Shown here: piece after piece, positions 9,632 through 17,730 of the stretch
How positions within the stretch are numbered: the first letter of the stretch is position 1
How the letters are laid out: the number at the start of each line of letters is the position of its first letter
Assembly: GCF_021054785.1 (NCBI RefSeq)
Contig: NZ_CP088239.1
Location: 1,080,001-1,112,000 of the forward strand
DNA length: 32,000 nucleotides
Origin: Tannockella kyphosi
Lineage (GTDB): Bacteria > Bacillota_I > Bacilli_A > Erysipelotrichales > Coprobacillaceae
Direction: 5' to 3'
Notes under the pieces: generated by a model
What the model saw: the letters and a program-made list of their open reading frames with translations, nothing else
What the model was told of the DNA's origin: nothing
The model's database searches: none
Translations under genes and position numbers: made by a program

Positions 9632-10492
9632 ATGAATACTACTCATTTCCATGGAGATTTAGTGTATACGAATCGTATAATTTACACAGCTACCACCTTT
9701 GCAAAAAACAACCTAATACACTTACAAGAAGCAGGTACTACCCAAGCATTACAACCTCATAAAAGTACTAGATCTAAATTATCTTCTTATCTATTCTTTA
9801 TCGTAAAAAAAGGTTCAGGAACACTGGAATATAATAATCAAACCCACTATATCAAAACTGGTGACTGTGTCTTTATTGATTGTAAAAAAGAATACTCTCA
9901 ATGCAGTTCCCTAAACCTATGGGAAATACAATGGGTCCATTTCTATGGACCCAATATTTCAAACATCTATAAAAAATACATAGAAAGAGGTGGTTTACCT
10001 TGCTTTTCTACAAGTCACTATACTTCTTATGAAGACATACTTACTACTATTCATACGATTGCAAAATCAGATGACTATATTAAAGATATGACTATCTATT
10101 CTAAATTAACAGAGTTATTAACTCTGTTAATGAGTGATAGTTGGCACAAAAATAAATTTAAAAAGCTTCCTAATACCAAAAGAAACCTACAAACTGTAAA
10201 AGAATATATAGATACTAACTATTCAGATAAACTATCCTTAGATACCTTATCTGAACAGTTCTTTATTAATAAATATTATCTTACAAGACTCTTTAAAGAA
10301 CAGTTTGGTTTATCTCTTATTGATTACTTATTACATGTACGTATTACACATGCAAAACAGTTACTTAGATTTAGTAATTTAAGTATAGAAAAAGTCGGAA
10401 TCCAGTGTGGTATACCGGATGCAAACTATTTTACTAGAATATTTAAAAAGCTAGAGGGTACTAGTCCTAAAGAATATAGGAAGATGTGGTAA
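9632..10492 (+). CDS. AraC-family transcriptional regulator (N-terminal cupin-like sensor, C-terminal double HTH)
   Basis: 286 aa. The C-terminal ..LSLDTLSEQFFINKYYLTRLFKEQFG..IEKVGIQCGIPDANYFTRIFKKLEGTSPKEYR is a typical AraC/XylS HTH. RBS AGGAG 6 nt before the ATG. Confidence 0.9.
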   Translation: MNTTHFHGDLVYTNRIIYTATTFAKNNLIHLQEAGTTQALQPHKSTRSKLSSYLFFIVKKGSGTLEYNNQTHYIKTGDCVFIDCKKEYSQCSSLNLWEIQWVHFYGPNISNIYKKYIERGGLPCFSTSHYTSYEDILTTIHTIAKSDDYIKDMTIYSKLTELLTLLMSDSWHKNKFKKLPNTKRNLQTVKEYIDTNYSDKLSLDTLSEQFFINKYYLTRLFKEQFGLSLIDYLLHVRITHAKQLLRFSNLSIEKVGIQCGIPDANYFTRIFKKLEGTSPKEYRKMW

Positions 10493-10523
10493 TGTGATAA
10501 TTCCAAACCACTTATTTAGTAAG

Positions 10524-10566
10524 TAAGCGTAAAATTATGTTCATATCAACATAATTTTACGCTTAC
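10524..10566 (+). terminator. Long hairpin terminator after araC
   Basis: GTAAGCGTAAAATTATGTT / AACATAATTTTACGCTTAC is a 19-bp perfect stem, followed by TTATTTT. Confidence 0.7.
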
Positions 10567-10574
10567 CTTATTTT

Positions 10575-10609
10575 AAAAAAAAAAGCAGGAAATATATTTT
10601 CTGCTTTTT
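10575..10609. terminator. Bidirectional hairpin terminator (A-run, stem, T-run)
   Basis: AAAAGCAG (10581-10588) pairs with CTGCTTTT (10601-10608). An A-run lies upstream and a T-run downstream. Confidence 0.5.
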
Positions 10610-10639
10610 GGATTATGAAATTTTTTTGAAAATACAAAA

Positions 10640-11270
10640 CGTAAAATTCAGTAGCACAAGATAGATAATTTTATTTTTTTAAATAATTATAACAATTTTC
10701 CATTATTTTTTAGTGTATCAATTTTTTGTCTTTCATATGTTTCAGTTTGATTACCAAATCTTCACTAACAACTGATTATGATTGCTTAATAACAAATACT
10801 TTTCCATCAAAATTTATAGAACAACATATATGTTATACATATATTTAGTGATATTATTTCGAACCTTCTGCAGGAACAATTCTCTTAATTGTAAAAACTA
10901 AAATGTATGTATTATCGTTTTTAATTGCTTTTGTATAAATAAATTTATTCAATTCAAATGAATAATATCTGTATTTAATTCCTTAACAATTTTTTTAGTA
11001 TTAAAATATGTTGAAATTCAATGTGTAACATTATATCTAAAAACATTAAGTTTATTCCATATACGGTACTTCCTTGCCAAGCATCTATATATTTTTCCTA
11101 GTGAAAATCCTGCTTATTTTTTTAAAATATTTTTCTTATTTTGACAATCATGGAAGGATTAAACAAAAACATCATATTTGTCTCTGTCAATTCCATTCAT
11201 AAAAATCAATAGACCTTGAAACTCCACTACCTCCCTTTTCGCAATGTATATATAAAATTTGTTTCGCCAT
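10640..11270 (-). pseudogene. Decayed GT4-family glycosyltransferase (multiple frameshifts and stops)
   Basis: ATG at 11270 opens only a 27-codon frame, MAKQILYIHCEKGGSGVSRSIDFYEWN*, a typical GT4 N-terminus. Other frames continue with GT4-like pieces (..MNGIDRDKYDVFV.., ..LKKLLRELNTDIIHLN.., ..VFVIKQS-SVVSEDLVIKLK..). No long ORF remains. Confidence 0.5.
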
Positions 11271-11272
11271 GT

Positions 11273-11824
11273 TCATACACTCACCTTTTTAATGAATTTT
11301 GCAGGGTTCCCAGCCCAAACCTGGTAAGGTGGTACTGATCGTGTTACTACAGATCCTGCTCCTATTATTGACTTTTCGCCAATTGTAACACCTTTTAAGA
11401 TAATGCAGTGTGCTCCTATAAAAACACCATTTCTAATTAAGACACTTCTACATTTAGCTCCTGTATCATTCTCATTAATACGTTCATTATAATCCAATGA
11501 ATGAAAGTCGGTATCGTAGATTTTACAACCCGATCCAATGAGCACATTATCTTCAATCGTTATATTTTCAAAAGCTGTTATGGCAGAATGAGAAATTCCT
11601 ACATTATTTCCGATTTTTAAAATCGCACTTCCTTCTGCTCTCAAAAAAGTTTTTGTTAATCCACCTATTGGATTAATTCTACAATCTGAATGTATAGTTA
11701 CATTATTCCCTATATATATTTTTCCATTGCCATGTAAAGACAATTTCCCATTTATATTTAAATTATCAGAATAACTAACTTTTTTTCTCTTCAAATTTAA
11801 AACATTATAAAAATTAGTATACAT
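11273..11824 (-). CDS. Hexapeptide-repeat (left-handed beta-helix) O-acetyltransferase
   Basis: Hexapeptide repeats (IGNNVTI, IGNNVGI, IEDNVLIGSGCKI, IRNGVFIGAHCIILKGVTIGEKSIIGAGSVV) with C-terminal W-AGNPAK. The ORF track starts at a TTG (11872). By alignment with the paralog at 20953..21516, the ATG at 11824 (MYTNFYNVL..) fits better. The start is uncertain because no strong RBS is present. Confidence 0.8.
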   Translation of the reverse strand: MYTNFYNVLNLKRKKVSYSDNLNINGKLSLHGNGKIYIGNNVTIHSDCRINPIGGLTKTFLRAEGSAILKIGNNVGISHSAITAFENITIEDNVLIGSGCKIYDTDFHSLDYNERINENDTGAKCRSVLIRNGVFIGAHCIILKGVTIGEKSIIGAGSVVTRSVPPYQVWAGNPAKFIKKVSV

Positions 11825-11929
11825 ATTCAATATAAAAAGTATTTTTTTCACAGTTAATATCATTCCTTTCAAAAAATTTTAAATAAATTTTTAGGATATT
11901 CACACCTTGAAAAAGCATCATATTCTCAT

Positions 11930-12565
11930 TTATAATAATTGAAATATTTTATTATATTCTTTTTTAAATCTATCAGGATTTAATGCGTTTTGGTAATCAT
12001 AATATGCATTATCAAAGTGAAATGATTCGGTTAATGCTAGATCTAATATCTTAGTCAGTGATTCAGTATTTTCAGATTGGAACGTGTATCCCAAATGATT
12101 ATTCCGTATAATATCACCTAATGAGCCATGATTTGGTCTTATTATAATCTTTTCCATAGCTACACCTTCACCCAATGGACCACTCGCCCCATCAAAATAC
12201 TTCTTATATGGTAGGACTATAAAATCGGATGCAATCAAACATAAATTCACTTCATCATCCGATAAGAAATGAAGTAAAATTTTTACATTATCTTTATATG
12301 AGATTATTTTACTTTCAATAAATTCTTTTTTGAAAGTTTCCTCTTTTCCAGCTATTAATAAATAAAAATCATTTTTGACATTTCTCAGAGATTCCACTAA
12401 ACTGTCCAACCCTTTATCATCTCTAGTTCCACCAAGGGCTAATAAAATTGGTTTATTTGTGGTTAACCCCAGTTTGATTTTTGCAACCTCTTTAGAAATA
12501 AATTTGTTTTCTTGAAGTATAGGCTATTCCAGAGAACAACGTTTTTTATATTCAAATCAAGCAAC
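11930..12565 (-). pseudogene. N-terminally truncated GT4 glycosyltransferase (C-terminal Rossmann domain only)
   Basis: The 159-aa ORF (11930..12409) has no start codon of its own family type. Its frame continues upstream without an ATG as ..PILQENKFISKEVAKIKLGLTTNKPILLALGGTRDDKGLDSLVESL.. to a stop near 12522. Another frame gives ..LDLNIKNVVLWNS... Homology stops at the junction with the araC-remnant segment (about 12565-12583), so the N-terminal domain is missing. Confidence 0.6.
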
Positions 12566-12582
12566 ATTTTTTTAGCAGAATA

Positions 12583-13053
12583 TAATGCACTATTTTCCAA
12601 AGTCCTAGCATTTTGTTGACTTTTATCCTATAATCCCAGTAATGTAATATGAATATAGTAAAGTAACTATAAATGATACTTATTTCAGGGGAATTCAATG
12701 TATAAGAACCGTATAATTTATACTGTTACTTTCTTTGCGAAAAACGACTTAATGCATTTATAAGAAACTGGTGTTACCAAGCATTGTACCTCATATAAAT
12801 ATTAGATCTAAATTATCTTCTTATCTATTCTTTATCGTAAAAAAGATCAGAAAAACTAGAACATAATAATCAAACTCATTATACTGAGAAGTGATCTAAG
12901 TATAGAAAAATCAGAATTCATTGTAATATACCAGATGGTAACTATTTTACTAGAATCTTTAAAAAACTTGATGGTATTAGTCTTAAATAATATAAAAATA
13001 TGTGACATTGAATCATATCCTTTTTATTTCAACAATCGTAAAATAAGCTTACC
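12583..13053 (+). pseudogene. Decayed, internally deleted second copy of the araC regulator with its promoter and terminator remnants
   Basis: 12583-12890 aligns by eye with 9547-9860, covering the promoter, RBS and first ~75 codons. This includes a 42-nt identical run (9769-9810 = 12803-12844). 12892-13053 aligns with about 10375-10566, the last ~40 codons plus a collapsed terminator. About 500 bp in the middle is deleted, and the ATG at 12673 runs into an early stop. Confidence 0.8.
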
Positions 13054-13166
13054 AAAATGCTTCCTATACTAAATAAATTAATGTTTTAAATTCGGTCAAC
13101 TTGGCATTCATAATACTTTATTTAGCGTAACCACCTGGCAACAGTTATTCCCCATGTATCCTTTTA

Positions 13167-14711
13167 TTACTTTTTTGATTTTTCAAATAAAATCAAAATT
13201 TTTGTCATATTTTTTTTTATTGTATCTATATCAACCATAATAAATAAATTTGTAAATAATACTAATAATCCAATTGTTCCTCCCACAAAAAAGAAACTAA
13301 TCCAACTATTGATTTCAACAAAACTAATCCCTACAGTAGTAATAAAGAGTGCTGAGAAGAAAGATACAATACCTCTAATAATTGCAGGGTAAAACGTTTT
13401 TATTGATACTCTTAAAACTAAACTTGAATATATTGGGAAAAAAATAAATACCCAAATCACTTGAATAGCAGTAGATATAATTGGAATTGAAATTATTCCA
13501 AGATTTGTGTATTTATACATTAAAAAAGCTAGAACTATATTTAACAATCCACTCAAGCTTAAATATAAAGCCGGTATTTTTACTTTATTTAAAGTAATAC
13601 TTAAGTAGGAAAGTATCCACATACATCCAATAATACAATGAGGAATAATTGTGATAGAAGAGAGGATGTTTAACCATTCAATATTTTCTAAAGGCGTCCA
13701 TAATGAAAAGAAAGATGAGCTCATAACTATAAAGACACCTACCACAGATGTTGAAAATAAACCAATAAAAGTTTGTGCTTTCTTTACTTCTAAAACTAAT
13801 TTTTCAACGCTTTCAACAGCATATGTTTTCATTATGACAGGGTAAAACACTCCCGTAAGCATTGAAATTAATCCATTAACAAAGTTGGGGACTGTTTGGA
13901 CAATTGCATACTCGGCAGCAAGTGTGGTTCCATAGAAAATATTAGCTAGAATTAAGGAAGAGCCAGCTAAAAGCATAGATCCAAGTGAATTTATTATATT
14001 CCATGAACTTGAATAAATTATTGTTTTTACAGTACTTATATTAAATGCATTTATACTTATTCTTATATTTGGTAATAATTTTTTAGTATATCCATACTGT
14101 ATTATAAAGCCCAATAACGAGACAATAAAAGTAACAATTCCTACATATGATATGTCAGGGTTAAATAAACCAAAAAAAACAATGTATAAAAATATTTTAA
14201 GCAGATTTAAAACCAACTCTCTTAATGATCTCAAATCAATGCGATTTGTTGCAAATGTAGCTACTCCAAACACTGCGGTTATAATATTTAAAAGTAAATT
14301 TGTAAAAGTAAAAGCAAACAAAACTCTTACTGATGCAATTAAATTTATTGGAATATCTAAAAACACATCTATAAATAAAACAATAAAAGTCATTGGAACT
14401 AACAATAACAATGATATACATAAATTAGCTATAATTGTAGATGAAAAATATTCATTTGCCTCAGCATTATCTTCTCTTGCTATTGCTATGGTAATATATC
14501 TACTAGCCATAGCATTTAAAGCATTTGTCACTACACTCATATATAATATCAAACTGTTTGCTAAAGGGTAAAAACTATATGCCTCTTTTCCTATATTATT
14601 AATTAAATACGGGGTTAACACAAATGTCATTAAAACTCCAGTTGAATATGATACGATATTTGAAATCATATTAATTAATAATCTTCCATTTTCTGTTTTC
14701 TTTTTATTCAT
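13167..14711 (-). CDS. wzx: Wzx-type polysaccharide flippase (MOP/polysaccharide-biosynthesis-protein superfamily)
   Basis: 514 aa, very hydrophobic, with about 12-14 predicted TM segments. Typical size and position in a Wzy-dependent locus. Confidence 0.8.
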   Translation of the reverse strand: MNKKKTENGRLLINMISNIVSYSTGVLMTFVLTPYLINNIGKEAYSFYPLANSLILYMSVVTNALNAMASRYITIAIAREDNAEANEYFSSTIIANLCISLLLLVPMTFIVLFIDVFLDIPINLIASVRVLFAFTFTNLLLNIITAVFGVATFATNRIDLRSLRELVLNLLKIFLYIVFFGLFNPDISYVGIVTFIVSLLGFIIQYGYTKKLLPNIRISINAFNISTVKTIIYSSSWNIINSLGSMLLAGSSLILANIFYGTTLAAEYAIVQTVPNFVNGLISMLTGVFYPVIMKTYAVESVEKLVLEVKKAQTFIGLFSTSVVGVFIVMSSSFFSLWTPLENIEWLNILSSITIIPHCIIGCMWILSYLSITLNKVKIPALYLSLSGLLNIVLAFLMYKYTNLGIISIPIISTAIQVIWVFIFFPIYSSLVLRVSIKTFYPAIIRGIVSFFSALFITTVGISFVEINSWISFFFVGGTIGLLVLFTNLFIMVDIDTIKKNMTKILILFEKSKK

Positions 14712-14843
14712 AATCCACTCATAAAATATTGTTTTTTCTAAATCAATATTATATTTTCCTTTCGCAAACTTATACTCCGTAAAATAAAAGCTTTAAGATC
14801 CATCCTATAAAATTAGCAGAAACATACACAAATTCATTATAAT

Positions 14844-14852
14844 ATTATACCA
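14844..14852 (-). promoter_or_regulatory. Candidate extended -10 promoter (TGGTATAAT) upstream of wzx
   Basis: Plus-strand attatacca reads TGGTATAAT on the minus strand, about 130 nt upstream of the wzx ATG. No clear -35. Confidence 0.3.
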
Positions 14853-14896
14853 AAACAGCCTATAATCTATTATTGTGTAAATATAATTTAAATTAT

Positions 14897-15441
14897 TTAA
14901 AAAAATTCAGCATTCTCTGTTTAAATTCTCCATTTGTAACTATTCCACCCATTACTTTTCTCATCCTATAATAGATTACATCAGAATTACCGAATATATA
15001 TCAAATAGAATAGCCTAATTTTAAAAAAATCTCTCGAATTTATATGTTTTTTTGTTTTGTAATTATATTTTCATAATTTGAATAGTGAAAATCAGTATAA
15101 TAAATTTAACAACTGAATCAGATCAACTCATTATTCCCAATTATAATTTTATTAAATCTTATGATCGACCCATGCAATATTTTTGAATTTTTCCCTATTC
15201 TAATTCTTCCTCTGTTACTGATTTCAAAAAAGTGCAAAACAAAACACTCATTTGAATTAACACGTTAATTAGAGTTAATTTGTTATGTCCTCTCCAATTA
15301 AAACATTACCATCTCCATGGAATCTTGATTTTCCCCTTATGTTTAGGTATACTCCATATTTAACTGTGATATATTTGAAAATCAAATTTTAACATTGTCC
15401 TGATGCCTAATTAATTTTCTTGAAAACATTTTTATCATCAT
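14897..15441 (-). pseudogene. Decayed hexapeptide-repeat acetyltransferase
   Basis: Minus-strand fragments in shifting frames: MMIKMFSRKLIRHQDNVKI*, LNIRGKSRFHGDGNVLIGEDIT, RIRIGKNSKILHGSIIRFNKIIIGNNELI, IYYTDFHYSN, ..GGIVTNGEFKQRMLNFFK*. They are collinear with the intact acetyltransferase at 11273 (..LSLHGNGKIYIGNNVT.., ..ILKIGNNVGISHSAITAFENITIEDNVLI.., ..IYDTDFHSLDY..). Confidence 0.6.
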
Positions 15442-15451
15442 ACTAATTTCT

Positions 15452-16480
15452 TTATACTTTGTTTCTATTAAATAAAAAATCTCGTATTGGGACTAGTTTA
15501 TGTAACATCCAATAATAGTTATTTCCGATTTTCTGTTTTCTTTCATATCGTTCTCCCCAATATTTCAAATTTCTACGGTATGCTGTTTCTTTATCTTGTG
15601 AGAAAATATTTATTAAATACTTTTGAAACTTTTGTTGTTGCTCATCGATATTATAATCTTTTGAAAATGCAGGTTGCTTTAACATTTCCAAATACCTCTG
15701 CTCATTTTCATCAATCTCTATTATTCTATTTATAATTTCATCATAAATAGGACTATCTACTGGTGTGTCTGCCTCTAATCCAAAATCATGACAGTTTATA
15801 AAGGCATCAGAATTACATTCTTTCGTGATTTCAGGGTTACCCCAATAAATTGGTATAGCTCCAGCAGAAAATGCGTGTATAATTTTCTCTGTTGTATACC
15901 CGTTCCCCATTGTATTTTCAAAAGCAATAACAAATTTATGTTTTTCTTGAAATCCCAACTTACTCTGTATTGGTCCTCCAACATTATTCTTATATCTTCC
16001 TCCTGAATTTACTTCTTTATACGAATTTAACTTAATAAATATGTTTTCTCGACAGTCACTTGCATCAGCATTAGAATAAACAAAAGAACAAAAAGAATTT
16101 TTATTTGCCATATGTTTACTAATATGTATGTGTTTATTCCTTGCTCTAATTAGGTCATTTGAATAATCATCATTCTTATATGCAGTAAATCCATCAACCA
16201 AATATAGTGGATAACGAATATATCTATCTTCAAAATCTAAATAATGGAATCCTATTCCATAATCACAAACATTGAAATCAGGAACCAAATTTTCAGCAGT
16301 ATAAAAAATTCTTACACAATTATAATTTAAGTATTCTTTAGAATTTACAGAATATATTAAAAAATCAGGATCGTCACTTAATTCAATATTAAAGTGTTCC
16401 CTTAATATATTGGAGATAAAATTATTTTTTTCGTCAAAATTACCACCCATACCAGAATATTTAATTTTTATTGTTTTCAT
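15452..16480 (-). CDS. GT10-family alpha-1,3/4-fucosyltransferase
   Basis: ..FCSFVYSNADASDCRENIFIKLNSYKEVNSGGRYKNNVG..HKFVIAFENTMGNGYTTEKIIHAFSAGAIPIYWGNPEI..DAFINCHDF matches the conserved GT10 core as recalled from Helicobacter pylori FutA (FxxSN..R.., YKF.LxFENS..xGYVTEK, IPIYWG). Start set to the ATG at 16480, preceded by GGAGAG. The longer ORF to 16504 lacks an RBS. Confidence 0.85.
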   Translation of the reverse strand: MKTIKIKYSGMGGNFDEKNNFISNILREHFNIELSDDPDFLIYSVNSKEYLNYNCVRIFYTAENLVPDFNVCDYGIGFHYLDFEDRYIRYPLYLVDGFTAYKNDDYSNDLIRARNKHIHISKHMANKNSFCSFVYSNADASDCRENIFIKLNSYKEVNSGGRYKNNVGGPIQSKLGFQEKHKFVIAFENTMGNGYTTEKIIHAFSAGAIPIYWGNPEITKECNSDAFINCHDFGLEADTPVDSPIYDEIINRIIEIDENEQRYLEMLKQPAFSKDYNIDEQQQKFQKYLINIFSQDKETAYRRNLKYWGERYERKQKIGNNYYWMLHKLVPIRDFLFNRNKV

Positions 16481-17723
16481 ATGTAACTCTCCTACATTTA
16501 TCATTTTTATTTCTTTTTTCAGTTACCGCATATGCTAATAAAATAATTCCTATAAATTTATAATGATTATATGGTATTCCGGAATACAAGTTGTAACATA
16601 ATGTCAAAATTGCAATATATTGCAAAAATTTAATTGAATAATCATTTGTTTTAATCATCAATATCTTAATAGGATAAAACAATTGTACTACTAAATAAAA
16701 AACACCACCTATTAAACCTAAATCTGTAAACGCCTGTAAATATGGAATATCTAATTGCTTAAATCCATATCCATTTCCAAAAATTATCGTTAAAAAATCA
16801 GAATTCAGATACTCAGAAGGCACAGTAGTGATATTATTGTATCTATTTATTGCCGCCGCATCAATGCCAGAATCAAAAAAGCCAAAATATGTACTAACTC
16901 CTTTAATTAAAATTTCAAAATATTTTTCTACCATTACCCAAAAATCAGGTAAAATAAAATCTGTCGTCGCAAGCATTACTACACACGTTCCTAAGATTTT
17001 GAATATACTAACAAATGTCTTTTTCTCAATTTTTAAATTGAACTGCGCATTAATAAAAACATGATAAAGTAATATCACTACATAAGTAACCATTAGTCCA
17101 CGTCTTGACACTATCATCATTACTAATATTGAGCATATCAAAAATAAATATTTCATAAAAACAACAATTTTTTTATGGGTTTTAAGAAGCAAAAAGGAAC
17201 AAAGGTTATAAAATGCAATTACGGATAAAGTTAACCTGTCAGAATTATTGGCCATATATACTACATTCGTGTTAAAATTACTGAATGAATCAGTGAGTTT
17301 ATATAATAGCATCATAGTCAATACCCCAGATATAAGCCACATAGTATTAACTAAATAATTTCCATCAATTTTTCTATGATTGGTTGACAAACAAATCAAA
17401 AAGAATATAACGTATAATGTATAAATAATTCCTTGATTTTGCGTGAATAAACCTTCTCCTGCCATAATTGCAGCCACCAGTGAATATATGTTATATCCAA
17501 AAATAAGAAATAGATATCCACTAAACTTAGGAAGCTTTAACGTAACTAAGTTTTTTAAATTTATAACCAATACTAAGCTTAGTGCAAAAATAATATTGGT
17601 TAATTCTATATTTTGTAAATTAAAAAATTCAATAAATATTCTAGAAATCTGTGTCCCAATTAAAGCTAATATTATTCCAATTTCTAAATTGTGATTTTTT
17701 TGCTTTTTTTGTTTTATTATCAT
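16461..17723 (-). CDS. wzy: Wzy-type repeat-unit polymerase (O-antigen ligase/polymerase-like membrane protein)
   Basis: 420 aa polytopic membrane protein of about 10-12 TM with a larger loop in the C-terminal half. Located among the glycosyltransferases. The call rests on topology and context, not a sequence motif. Confidence 0.7.
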   Translation of the reverse strand: MIIKQKKQKNHNLEIGIILALIGTQISRIFIEFFNLQNIELTNIIFALSLVLVINLKNLVTLKLPKFSGYLFLIFGYNIYSLVAAIMAGEGLFTQNQGIIYTLYVIFFLICLSTNHRKIDGNYLVNTMWLISGVLTMMLLYKLTDSFSNFNTNVVYMANNSDRLTLSVIAFYNLCSFLLLKTHKKIVVFMKYLFLICSILVMMIVSRRGLMVTYVVILLYHVFINAQFNLKIEKKTFVSIFKILGTCVVMLATTDFILPDFWVMVEKYFEILIKGVSTYFGFFDSGIDAAAINRYNNITTVPSEYLNSDFLTIIFGNGYGFKQLDIPYLQAFTDLGLIGGVFYLVVQLFYPIKILMIKTNDYSIKFLQYIAILTLCYNLYSGIPYNHYKFIGIILLAYAVTEKRNKNDKCRRVTYENNKN

Positions 17724-17730
17724 TATTAAT

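Noticed and set aside
11187-11270. 27-codon ORF (MAKQILYIHCEKGGSGVSRSIDFYEWN) as a possible small gene coupled to the acetyltransferase
   Set aside because: Its sequence is a typical GT4 N-terminus, and GT4-like fragments continue downstream in other frames. It is better explained as the first fragment of a frameshifted pseudogene.
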